This document shows positions 35,701 through 47,630 of a stretch of 64,000 nucleotides of DNA, piece after piece. The notes beneath the pieces are model-generated. The model searched no databases and was not told the origin of the DNA. It saw only the letters and a list, made by a program, of their open reading frames with translations. Within the stretch, counting starts at the first letter, position 1. Each line of letters starts with the position of its first letter. The position numbers and the translations under genes are program-made. Source of the stretch: Lingula anatina. Lineage: Eukaryota; Animalia; Brachiopoda. Location of the stretch: contig CM120644.1 of assembly GCA_051362555.1 (NCBI GenBank), forward strand, positions 12,794,567 to 12,858,566, written 5' to 3'.

Positions 35701-38405
35701 AGTCATTTATCTCCCCAAAAGTATTGGTTCAAGTAGGGGTGACACTTCTATTGTCCAGTGTGTGTATATCAAATTTTGCACAGAGTGAACCTTTTACCGG
35801 CAAAAAGGGGGCTCCCCGACACCCCCCCCCCCCCTCTGAACGCACATAGTTTCTACAAATTATTTGTTTCCATCGCCTCAATTCTTCCGAGACCTTACTG
35901 TAATCAATGATATTATATCATCTGTTGACGTTACATTGACATGTGATGACGAGAAATATTTCCTTTTATCTTACAATGAACGCAATTAATACAAGAACTT
36001 CTCACTTGCTGACTTTCAATAACAAAATCTTCTACAGTACGTAATCAAGAGTTATTATCTTTTCTTAGTAATATAAGATATCCTTGACAACATATCACAA
36101 TAAGTGCTGATCATTGATGAGTCCATAAATGATTCTGTGGCTCTTTCTAAAGCGTGAACCAGGTAATTGCAGATAAGCAATTCCACTCCGGTGTAACGAA
36201 ATTGAGGGTCTGTGTAACAGAAAGTCCGCCCTCCTTTTCGTTGTAATGGTTAGGGTTAGCCTGACCTAAGTGGGGGCGAGGCTTACCTGTATAAATTAAT
36301 GGGACTCTCTATCACGGGGACTCTCTGTCACGTTACGCCGGTATTGCAATTTTTAAACAACTTCTTAAGCCTCAGCAGGGCGCCAGAACAGTGAGTTTAT
36401 ATTTTGAAATTATACGTGGGTATCTAACGCATGTGTACTTAATAGTAGAAAGCAATAGACTGGTTTGAGATCTTATTTATTCATTCATTTATCTTTTAAG
36501 GTATTTAAATATTTATTTATTTCCATATGCTTCATGCTATACTGATATAAATTAAATTATGAAGCATTTCTCTTTCGTATTTCTATTTTTCTTACATTTC
36601 TTATTCAATTATTATTGTATTTTTTTCCTTTTAAAAATTCGGTGGCACTTTCCCTTTGTGCGGTCTATCGTTTGCTTGTTGGTTCGCATTTCTCAGCCAT
36701 CCTAAATAATTCTAGTATTTTGTATAAAACTGAAAGGAAATTCCCTAAATTACGCCTACTGCCCTCTTGAAAAAAAAAATTACGTCTCGCTTAACATAAA
36801 TAAAATCATAATAAATTAATAAAATACAATAGAATTAAATGAATACGCACACACACACACACAAAAACATTTGACAACCCCGTATAGTCTGCATGCATTT
36901 CAAAAATTGTACATTAATTACCGCGTCAACAGAAATCACACGAAACTGAGGAAGAATTCATATCATGCAAATATCTATGCATTTATCCGTATAATCAATA
37001 CCCTCCCGCTCCCCAGCGGAGTCAGACAAAACGGTGCCCGGTCAGTGATCATTTTTCAATGGTGCGCGACAACAGGAACAGACAGAGACCCTCTTTTCTT
37101 TGCTGTTTTTGATATACGTTTGACTTACATTGTTATGATACCTGACCGCTAGTATCAACACTAGAACCGAGCGAGTGAATTAAAACGCAGATTGTCACAA
37201 CGGAAGAATATAATGTCACGCAAAGCACAGCGGATTTGATCAATGAAATTTCACAATTTTGTTCGTTAGAATGCATAGAATTTGATATCAAGTATTCATT
37301 GAAAGCATAAATATTGAACCCATGTTTTACAAAGTGGAAGATTCAAGTAGTGCAAAGGCTTCAAACGACGTTAGACACATTTTTTCTTAAATTGTCGATC
37401 ACGCTATTGCTAGCCTTTCTGCAGTAGATCTTTTGATTTCTTTCCATCTCTAAATAAAGGCGGTAGTCGAATTCTATACATCAAAGTTGAGTGAATCATG
37501 CGCTCTGTGATCGTTGTGTTTGCCATTTTATATGACATAAACTGCAATGTTCAAAATATTCAAACTTAATCGATTTGTTTTTAAAATTTAAAAGAGTTGG
37601 GTATGAATTTCCGAGGTAAAAAATACAGATAGTTGGTTCATTTGTCACATTTACCAGAGAATTAAAATCTGACGAGTGGATGAATACAGTATATCAATAA
37701 GGAGCCGAAGAATATTCCAAACCACATTTGAATCCGTTCCATGGTGAATTACTACGGGAGAGATTGGAGAAAACGCCCCCTTTCTTTTAAAGAGAAAAAA
37801 AGGGCAAGCAATTTTTCAGCGTTATCCATTTTTCGTATCAGCATTCACCCACAAAAAGTTCACAGTCATTATATTATATTTTTAAAAGGGAAATACGAAG
37901 AAAGAGAGAGATTCCGAAATATGGAATATTTCGATGACTTTACGTTTTGCTTTTTTAATATTCACCCAATAAAATTGCCAATGGCCAACATTAAAAAAGA
38001 AAGAAAGAACCAGAGAGAGAAGTAAGGGGAAAGACAGAGAAAGAGAGAGAGCATCGAAATCTCACCCATCTGCCAATAGTCCCATCCCACTTCCTCAGTC
38101 AACGTAATATTTTCAGTGAAACTGTCAACAACTGGTATCTCACACATTCCAGTTGCCAGGTTATAGTTCGTCGCCGCGCACGTTGCCCCGTACTCGAATC
38201 TCCTTTGCCAACACCGTAACTGACAGTCCCCCAGCGCTGTTCTATGCTGGATGACGTAACGTCCTTCAACCGTCAGTCGGCGCCCTTCCATTTTTGTGAA
38301 TTTCTGCATCCGAAATGTTGACTGGGAAAAGAAGACGTTGTTGACCATGAAAAATATGACAACTGCAACCCTGCCTGTCCTGAGATTTTCATAAGTAGAT
38401 GCCAT
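32766..38405 (-). CDS. PAN/Apple domain + CASPR-type fibrinogen-like domain protein, ~350 aa, 5 exons, probably secreted or signal-anchored
   Basis: Exons 38405-38066 (hydrophobic N-terminus, then CQLRC..CAATNYNLATGMC PAN pattern), 34557-34362 (SCKDHKEQG..VYLIDTDGP..PFSVRCEM), 34039-33813 (CHQY..SYW..CFCG..IC), 33224-33051 (CNTD..WHRDEG..LLPI..GD..VGELRC), 32881-32766. GT-AG junctions with matching phases (1053 nt). Confidence 0.8.
33261..33372 (+). mobile_element. Dispersed MITE-like repeat, GGCCCGTAGCC-end family, copy 2 (partial)
   Basis: ggcccatagcc...cagcccttttttggtgggaaaaggtccgctctgggtaaaaaattgat, similar to the 26481 copy. Confidence 0.6.
33400..33654. mobile_element. Foldback MITE (PIF/Harbinger-like, TAA flanks), copy B
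   Basis: Arms CCCCATTCCCATAGAC/GTCTACGGAAATGGGG, CATCGGTCTA/TAGACCGGTG and CAGCTTAACTGA/TCAGTTGAGCTG. The loop is homologous to that of the 27479 element. TAA on both flanks. Confidence 0.7.
35421..35845 (-). mobile_element. GGCCCGTAGCC-family MITE, reverse orientation, interrupted by a nested element
   Basis: After removing 35526-35764, the two halves join to match the 26481 copy (CCCTTTTTGCCGGTAAAAGG..AAAATTTGAT|..TTCATGGTAAAGGATCCACT). Confidence 0.6.
35526..35764. mobile_element. Tc1/mariner-like MITE, 239 bp
   Basis: Perfect 27-bp TIR CACACACTGGACAATAGAAGTGTCACC / GGTGACACTTCTATTGTCCAGTGTGTG, with TA on both sides. Confidence 0.8.
36188..36341. mobile_element. Small MITE-like element with CCGGTGTAAC termini
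   Basis: CCGGTGTAACG ... CGTTACGCCGG inverted ends, internal GGTTAGGGTTAG, and a tandem GGGACTCTCT.TCACG pair. Confidence 0.55.
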
Positions 38406-40612
38406 GGCCAGGTGAATATCGGTCTGCTGACATTAACAGCACGGTGTCTGTATTAACATAAAAATGTGGGCGATGAATTGTCGCACCTTCTGCCCTGTGC
38501 ACTGATGAAATGACTAACGCCTCTCGAGCTTCAACTGAGCGCTGAGCACCGGAAGATAATTCTACTGATCAACAAGTTATTGCGCACGAACGCGCGAGTA
38601 AGTGCTGTGTGCTTCACATAAAGGCTTTTATCCTACGTTTCGATTTTCCATTTTGTCTCACTGTTGCATATCTTAAATTAATCTTCAAAGATTGGCGGAG
38701 TTTAAGATAAAAGAGGCTATTTTGTTTTCTTTTAAATTTAAGCAAATTATATACAAAACTGCCCCTTGTTTTGACGACTACCCTACAACAAATCAGAACT
38801 CACAAAAAGAAAAAAAAGATGCTTAGGATTAAAATATGATCAATTCCTTCAATGCTTTAATAGAGTACACTGGGTAACTTGAAATGGTCGTGAAAGTTGG
38901 TTCTAGTTGATGATGTTATATTAAGTTAATGTTTCGCTTGCTTTATGTTGAAAAGTGTCATCAGTTAGGTAGTATCAATAGAAATTTAAAAAAGTTTGTC
39001 GTCAATATCTTGGGAAAATAAAGTGCTTTTATTGACAAAAGAACTCATGAAATAATTGCTGGCGTAGTATCAGTTCATTTTCCAAACAATTGAGATCTTC
39101 ATTTTCTAAAAGCGCTCGCTTGTTTCAGCTTGAAATATTCAACCACACACACCAAATATGGTACCATTAACACAATTACCCGCGGAAAGTAAACACATTT
39201 ATTTATTGATCTTTCTTTCCTTTTATTTTGATGCGCTTCTGTGCTGTTTAAGCGATCTTTAATACAAACGTGGTGGCAGATGCATCACAGTGGTCTCACT
39301 TCCAGGCAGAAGTTTATAATCAATACCTTACAGCCCGTCTCCATGGCAGCGCACTTTTTGATATTGTGGCGAGGAGCGTATTCTCATTACAACATTTTAC
39401 CTGCTACAGTGTCGGACCCTGGGAATGTAAATATAATAAAGGCAAAATTAAAATGGTCGTATTCACCCGTGGTGCTAACTAGTGCTTAATCCAACAATTG
39501 ATCAGATCAGTTTGGGGATTAGCGGCATGAAATGTATACTAGTAGGCCTATGCTATGTTATGATTTATTTTGCATCACACGAAAGGGCATTACTTTGACA
39601 TAAAACATTTATAATTACAAATAATATCATATTAAAATAAATAAATAAATAGATAAATAAATAAATAAATAAATATGAATAAATTAAATAAAAAAGAATT
39701 AGTCAACAGGTCTCTAGGGGCCTATAATCAGCACGCTTCCGCCGTAACCAGATTCACCTGCTGTGGAAAGGTTAATTTTTAGTATCCTCCAGAACTCAGA
39801 AAAAAATGCAAAATTTAAGGATAATATTCTTCTCTAAGCCTATGTCTTATATAGCTTATGCTGGTCAGACCTAAGCAAAATCCTGAATTTACATTTATTA
39901 GGTCATTTATTGATTACATTTTCATTTGGTGAATTTATCAGTAAGAATAAACAAAGTTCTAGGACGTTTTAATCACCCTATCTTCAGTGAAAAATAGGTG
40001 GTGAACTTGCTGCCTGTTCAAAGAGAGGTATTTGAGGAAGCGATTGTGCCTTTGATTGCGTTTGTTGAGACTAATTTCTTGACTAGGTTCCTAGGTCTCA
40101 TGGAAGAATAAACAAGTTATATATTTTATTAATTTTCAAAATAAAATAAAATAAATGTAAATATTATTAATACACATTTGAGCATCCATTTATTTATGTC
40201 CCTATACATGAATGAACTTTACGGAATGTGCGTACCTACATAAAAGCTACCGCAAAATTATTTGGGGGACTAGTCAAGTTTTGTTTAAAATACACAGACT
40301 TGCGCAAAAGACCTTTGTTTGTGAGCAATGTAAAGTGTGAAACAACCAAAGTTGCCCTTACATAGAGAGAAGAAAAATGTAATTAAACTATTATTTGCCA
40401 TTGAATATATTGCAATGATCACTGGTTTGAAAAACCAATGCATAATTTATTTTAAAGTGCGTTTCACCCGTCGCGAGACACGGCAAACGCCGATGCGCGG
40501 CAGCTCTGGCGACGACTTGATTTCCGTAGAGAGACTCCCGCCATGTTGGTTTGCACGCATTGAGCCACCGACTCGGATATATTTTCTTTGTAATCGTCAC
40601 TCAGAGAGTTCA

Positions 40613-43600
40613 ATGACCGACCTCATGACTGGGGATACTATGAGGTCAGACGTTTTAGATCAGGACCAGCTTAAAATCGAGGGAAGGCCTCCCATTTCAA
40701 AGAGAAAAATGCCGCGCAACACGTCGGTGTACGAAAATGGCGACTTCGATGCCGATTTAAATTTTGCAATCCAAGAAAGTTTAAAGTATGCGAAAAGGGA
40801 ATCAAGCACCCCGCATACAAGCTCGGAAGAGATAAATCAAAATGACCAGAGACCAAGTCAAAGCTCAGAGGAGCCTATGCAGTTATACGAAGAACCGAGA
40901 GTATCGGAAGCCGATCCCGATGAAACGAGGCACCTAAAAGAACTTCTCTTGCTCCATCTTGATTTAATACAACAGCAGCAAGAACTCCTGCTGGCTAAGG
41001 ACAAACAAATCACAACGTTACAGAAAGATAAAGAAGCAGTAAGTACACACAATAAATGACAGACATAGTTGAACGAAATTGATAAAAATACATATATTTT
41101 CATTGTTGAAGTATGACGCCTTTTATAAAACTAAAAATGCAAATGGTGGACATCGGTTTTTCCACGTTTTACACTTAAAGGCTGGTGTCAATACATTTTA
41201 ACATTCAGCTGACATTCAAGCTTATTATTCAACTGAAATAAGCCACATTATCACAAATTTCCCAATGGTTATCATCTCCTTGATGCTAACTAGTATATGT
41301 TGATTTTGTTTACATTATCATATTGATGGCATTATTTGTAGACGTGCCACAGTTATGTTGGGCCACATAAAATAGGAGACAAGTTTTAACAGAGGGCTGT
41401 CGCTCCCTTTTTGTTGTTACAGAATTCAAATACTTCATGACCACTGTTTTGATATGGTTGCCTTTCTGTCTTGCCTTACTATCATTTATATTTTATTAGA
41501 AGTAGCATGACAAGTGTCTATCAGCAGACTCTCGGTGATACATTATTAATTAGCTTTTAGCTCTTCATTGCCAACTGTGGCTGCTATGAAAATGTGATTA
41601 ACTAAATATTTCACATTTATTCACAGTATGTTAGTGTATTTAAAGTACCAGTATTAGTTATGATCACGATTAGTTTAATCAGCAAAAAAACACCTTGAAG
41701 TGCATGATATTGGATGCTTTGATATATATATAAAAAGTCAATTCTGGAAACAAAATCTGCCATACAATTTATTCAGTGTTTATAATATTGTTTCCTTGTT
41801 AATAACATGGAAATCTCCTTTCTGCACCAACTCAATGGGAACCAGGTCACATGATACGTCATAGGTCAGACAGTTATTATGGATAAGTGATTGTTTACAC
41901 AGGAACTAGGTCAATCTCTGGCCAATTCACATATGTAACATAAGTATGGATTGGCTGAGAGCTTTGAAAGCTTGGGTTTGATTGGTTAAAATGACCAAGG
42001 TGCCATAATGCACAGGTAAGCAGGTGCCTTATATAGCTGAAGTAGGTCATAGGGGGTTTTAATGGACAAAGAATAAGCATGAGGCAGATTCGTAGGAAGC
42101 CTGTGTTACGGGTGGCCCAAAAGGGGGGATTTATCCAAAAACTGATCAACTCGTCGTGTTTAAGGATGGGAAGGATGGCAGAAGTTTTCCTGCCTTGTGT
42201 GCTCAGGCTAGCTAGTTTGAGGAAGAGCCCATGGTGGAGCGAGGTAGGCAGCTTTGTGTGTGTCACTGTGTGTGGATGAATGAATGAAAACAAGTCGCAT
42301 TGTGATTAAGCTTGGACAGGTATGTCTTTGTGATCAGTATGCCAAATAAGGGCTTGGTTTCGATAGACTTGTGGGGTGAATCGTAAATGTACATTTCAGT
42401 ATGGGTTACCAAAGTACCCAAATATAATATAGAATGAAATGCAGCATATTATGTAAATAATAGATAATGTGACTTAATATCAGTTGACAGAGTTGATAAG
42501 ACCAAGCTACATTAACAGGGTCTCCAGACAGGTGCTCACCTTATACTTCTACTGCGTCTGGAGACACTGATAATATATTGGCGCAAACAAAGGCTTTGTG
42601 AGTTCTGCTGCAGAGTGCAAATGTTGGTTGTTACTGAAAGCTGCAGGTGTTTCTTTAATTATTCGCTCACTTATTATTTTTTCTCTTGGTTAGTTACAAG
42701 TCAGTTACTTGTGGTAAAACTGGCTGTACTTTTTATAACTGTCACTGCTGGTGGCTTTGAAACAAAAATACGGTGGTTGTGTATTCATTAGTGTGAAGAA
42801 TTACTTCTTGTTACTTAGTTACTAGTAATCAGATGTTTTGAGTTATAAGTGTGATTATAATTTGGTTATTAATTTAGGTTTTTTTAAAGAAAGTATTATC
42901 TTAGAAAATGGTATTTCCTTTTAACAGGGATGAGATTTTTCTGGCTATGTGTAAATTTCTGACTTTTTGGAAGCAAAAAAAAAAAAAAAAAAACATTAGC
43001 CTAGGTGTTCCCCTGGACCCCGTGTCATATTTTCTGACTTTTTCACTAAATGGCAGTTACATCCCTGTTTTAATAACTAATTAAGCTACAAATATTCAAA
43101 CCAGAAGAAAATCTTTCTTATCTGTCATGACCAATGGTTCTGAGTCAATTTATAATAAATTTAAAAATGAACAAAAGATCAAAACTGAATTTCAAAAGGA
43201 ATTCTTGCTTATAGTATGTGAGGAAATTCAGTTGAGATTGAATATCAAAGTAGAAATTTATATTTACGATCCTTTTAAGGTTAGTGAGCTATTTAATATT
43301 CCAGATTGTATCTTTGGCCCAGGTGACATACTACTATATAGAGGATAGGTTATTGACCATTTAGTCATAATAGACTGTTAAATAACTACTACTCAGTAAG
43401 ATCTGATTGCTCTGATCAGCCGTACAAAAAGGGAACAAATAAAACTTTGTGCACCTCTAAGGATATTGTGGCGCTATATCTTATGAAATAGTGTTATATT
43501 ATATACAGGTAGCAAGGTGTTTATAATAAAGATAACGGTTGTTAATAATTGCTGCACTGTCATGTTGAATCTATCATATTATACACTGGAACACAAACCA

Positions 43601-46600
43601 GAAAGTGTTTATCTGCTAAGGTAAAAGATTGTGTCAGCTTTGAGCAATTAATGTTCAAAATTGTAGTTAAATTATATTGTATAAAAGTGGTCATTTTGTC
43701 TGCAGTCAACTGAGAACTGTATATCACTGCTAAACAGTGCATAGATGTTGCTACATTGTAAAGGGTTTACATTAATTACTGTATCAAACTGTATATTGCA
43801 GCTACAATGTCGTCTGGAGCGTATGGAGAGGCGTATGTCCATGCTCAGCAAGAGTCAAGAGGTTGTCCAGCAGCAGCTAGAGGCCACTTTACAGCTCAAA
43901 CAGTCACCAAATGACCACAGACTGACCCAGGGCAGTGACCAGAGACTGACCACCCCTGAGAAGGCACAAACTGGGGGAAGAAGGTAGGTTTAAAAAAATA
44001 TTAATTAGGAAATTTTTCGATCAACAGAATTTTTACCATATCTGCCCAAACAAAAGGCTTGATATAAAATTTGATATTAAATTGAATTAGTACTGTATTA
44101 TGTGCTGTGAAATTGAGATTTGATAATATAATATAGCATCTCGCAGATATTTTTGTACCTTTAAATAGATAATGGCATGAATTACTAGTAAAGAAAGAAA
44201 AAAAAAATCTTATTTCAAGTAATCACTTGAATCCCCTATCTAAAAGATGGGTTGAGTGAAATGTTGGCATACAAAAACAAACTGGAGGGTTATGCAATAC
44301 TCCTGTACACATTTGTTGGGTCAAAAGTTGAAGTCAACAAAAGAGGAGACTTCTTTTAATACCACAGAGCAATGTATTGCCATGTGTCCCGGTGACCTTC
44401 AACATGGGTCTCTTTAAACCTGTGCCCTTGTTTGTAAACATCAATCAGCTTGTTGCAGAGGTCTGGTCCCCCAGTCTGGTAACTTGGCATCAACACTTAA
44501 GTTTAGATCTAGAAATGAGTTACAGTACAAGTAAAAAAATGATAAAGTCTTTGAAAGTTTCATCATTATCATATTCAGTAGCCTGGTTGCGCTTTAAAAC
44601 AGTGGGTTTTTTAAATTAAGTTTTGTTTAAACCCCTGTGCCATATTATACCTGGTTGGAGTGGGATGTTTACTGGTTTGCCACCAGGAGAGTGTATTATG
44701 TAATGGATGTGAAGCTGGGGAAGAGTTTGTGGGTTAAGTCAACAAGGTGTAGTGACTGGGATGTCTGGGTCAGAGCTAGCACAAGTCACAACTGATTCCA
44801 CATTCATGTATTGTATCTTGTGGTCTAGACTTAGCTGGGAACGTCTGTTGGGGTAAAATTGTGAGAGGGATGATATTTGGAGTCACACTATATCATATTC
44901 CATTCCATGCGTCTGTCATCGCTGGTACTTTTTTTTGTATTTTACTTTTTTTTAAACCGATATTTAATTCAGATCAGTCGACAACAGTACTGAATAAAGT
45001 TTTATTAATTTCTTTATTCAGTACTGTTAATGTTGATGACTTGTAAAAAAAAAAAAGTTGCATAATTATTTAAGTTTGCAGTACATTTCATCTCATTTAC
45101 CCCTTTTTGATGGTTTTATCAGCATTTACATTTATCTCCAACATTTGTGGTAAGGGGAGTCATACTAGTATGTCAAGCAATGTTGTGTTTAAAGACAACA
45201 CTTTTGCTATGCTGTTATTTTAAAGAGAGAAAATTGGCACAATTTCCTGAAATGTTGAGCAACTCAACATTCTGGCATTCTGGACCTCTTGTCCTCCTTA
45301 TGAGTCTTGAATAACAGGCCTGGTTTTATTATGATATGAGAAAGAGACAGCAAAGGTTGAAAAGAGCAGTCATAAGTAAGATCAGACTGAAATAAACTTT
45401 ACTCAGACTGATAAATTTTTTGAAAAGATGTCCTTATTTTGAAATGATCTTTTTAAATTTTCTATTTTGCAGAAGAAGATCCTTGGAACCGGAGGTGTTC
45501 AACTCCTTTGTCTCTTCCAAAGCAAATCAGGACGATTCCAGATTAAGAGAAGATCAACAACAACAAAATAACAATAACAACAACAAAAATGTATTCAGTA
45601 AACCCAGGAAATTTGCATACAGGAGAAGACGGCGAGAAATCCAGACTAGAACAGAAAGTGAAACTGATGAGATCCGGGGGAATGATAGTGAAAGTGAAAA
45701 TACAGGCATCAAGTTTGATTTACGCCAAAGGATAGAAAGCAGAAAACGTGCCAAGTTAGAGGCAAGTAAAAACCGTGCAGGGACAAAGATTGTTGGTGTG
45801 ACTTCAGAAACGCAGGAAAATAAGACGGAGGACGTTTTGAGAACAGACTGTTTGTATGTTACGACAGTGTGCGAGTTCCCCCTGCCTCCGGAGCCAGATA
45901 TAAAGTTATCAAAACAAGCTCAAGTGGAAGTGCCGACGTGGAGGGTGAACCCTGTGACGAATTGTTACCAGCTGGAAGGAACAGAGGTAGGCAGTCCAAG
46001 ATGCATGATGCGATCATCTAGAAATGATAATTAAAATTTAAACTGAAACCTTCTTGACATGAGAAAAAAATAGTAACGTTGTTTTTTCAATTTTTAATTG
46101 TAGAATTTAACAGATGAATCATACAGCAAGAAGCACCTAAAACCTGAAATGGAAGAAAGGAGGAGGAAAAGGTAGGTTCGAAGACCTTCTTGATATGGAT
46201 TATGTTACTTATATATATTTATTTTATTTATGTTAAAAGAAATGTAAATTAATGCCAATGTTTTTTTCACTCTGGAAAGATACTTTACCTTTTTAAGTAT
46301 GAGTAACAACTCAAAAGATATCACAGACCTAGACATTAGATAACAGGAAAGATGTGTATGTTTGTTTTACAGGTGGGATCTTCAGAGGTTACGAGAACAG
46401 AAAATGTTGGAGAAGTTAGAGAAAGGACGCTACAAGTGCCATTTTGCAGACAAGAGCAAAGGTGGCACTGAGAACCACAGTCAGGAATCCACCTCTTCTC
46501 TGCTACCCTCATTAGATGACAGTAAGGACCAGACACAACAAAATTTATGCAGTTATTGACTTTGGATAAGGTTTATGTGTTGTTTTACAGACCTCAGAAA

Positions 46601-46709
46601 AGTGACTTTGGCTGAGATCTGAAAACATATTGATAGAAAGCAAAAGTCAATAATTGTTTTATTATATTATATCAGTATCTTAGAAAATAATGCAAAAGCT
46701 GTTATGTTT

Positions 46710-46745
<36 letters not shown>

Positions 46746-47630
46746 CATAAATAATTGCCCTCTGGTTACAAGAAATTTAGTCTGGAAACAATTTTTATAT
46801 TGAAGATCTGCAATATTCTTTTGTTTCATACCAGTAACTCTGCCTGTCACTACTGACATGTTTTCTTTTGCAGCTTTCAAAGTGGTATTTCTAAATGACC
46901 TTTTGTCAACCATTGTTTGATTTCATTCAACCTTTTTTCAGCAAAGGTGACCCAGTTCATATTAAGTTGACTATCGCTTTTTTTTTTTCAGTTCAGTACA
47001 TAGAGGTGTGTGACAAAATAGCAGTGTCAGCATTTGGATACGCCATTCCTCATTTAGAACCGAGGTAAGTGCCCATCACAGTAACACAGAATCTGATAAT
47101 ACAGTTTTGTTGAATGGCAATCTTATTTTTCAGACTTTGCTGCTTAGTTATATTTAAGTAATGAGTTTTCTTTTTTTGACTGATTTTGTATTATTGCTAT
47201 CTTTACATATCATTACAGTTAATTTAAATGGTGCAGATTTGTGCAGAAATTAATCAGAAACATTTTTGCCAGTTCAGATTACACAGGCCCTTAGCAGGGG
47301 GTGAGGGTTTTGAAAGAACAGCCTTTTTGGTAGGAAAAGGTACACTCTAAATCAAAATTTGAACTAAATTTTGTGCCATGTCTAAAGTTGGGTCATCTAA
47401 TGGTCCACTTTTTAATTTCAGAAATAATACCCCCTCTTTTCAAATTGCCCACTGGAAATCTGTTCAGTTCCAGATATTTTGCTGACAGTGAGTCAGCAAT
47501 CTTGTGCCTAACCTGTGTTGAAATGACCGTAATATTTTCCCCCTCTCTTTTAAGCGAGTTTGCACTGCCATGGGGTGAAGCCAGTCACCGGGAGACAACC
47601 AGGATGAGAACACCACAGAAGAGAAGATGA
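40613..47630 (+). CDS. MSL1: Male-specific lethal 1 homolog (MSL complex scaffold; coiled coil + PEHE domain), ~495 aa, 7 exons
   Basis: Exons 40613-41038, 43802-43983, 45473-45986, 46104-46171, 46373-46521, 46992-47064, 47555-47630. Coiled coil LKELLLLHLDLIQQQQELL..LQCRLERMERRM. PEHE VPTWR..EGTENLTDESYSKKH..EERRRKRWDLQRLREQ..VSAFG..EFALPW. The exact start ATG is uncertain. Confidence 0.92.
42925..43067. mobile_element. Small MITE-like element with CAGGGATG termini (MSL1 intron 1)
   Basis: CAGGGATG ... CATCCCTG inverted ends, TTTTAA on both flanks, internal repeated TTTCTGACTTTTT. Confidence 0.45.
46713..46744. repeat. (TA)n microsatellite
   Basis: Read directly. Confidence 0.9.
47285..47440 (+). 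mobile_element. Dispersed MITE-like repeat, GGCCCGTAGCC-end family, decayed copy
   Basis: caggcccttagcagggggtgagggttttgaaagaacagcctttttggtaggaaaaggtacactct matches the 33261 and 26481 copies. Confidence 0.55.

Noticed and set aside
40337-40612. N-terminal extension of the MSL1 ORF in the track
   Set aside because: It begins at a non-ATG codon and crosses promoter/5'UTR-like sequence; first plausible ATG is 40613.
41830-42300. Motif-rich segment and 132-aa ORF in MSL1 intron 1
   Set aside because: No homology, termini or consistent exon boundaries that I could support.
42520-42566. 10-bp hairpin GTCTCCAGAC/GTCTGGAGAC
   Set aside because: Too short to call as an ncRNA or element without a covariance search.
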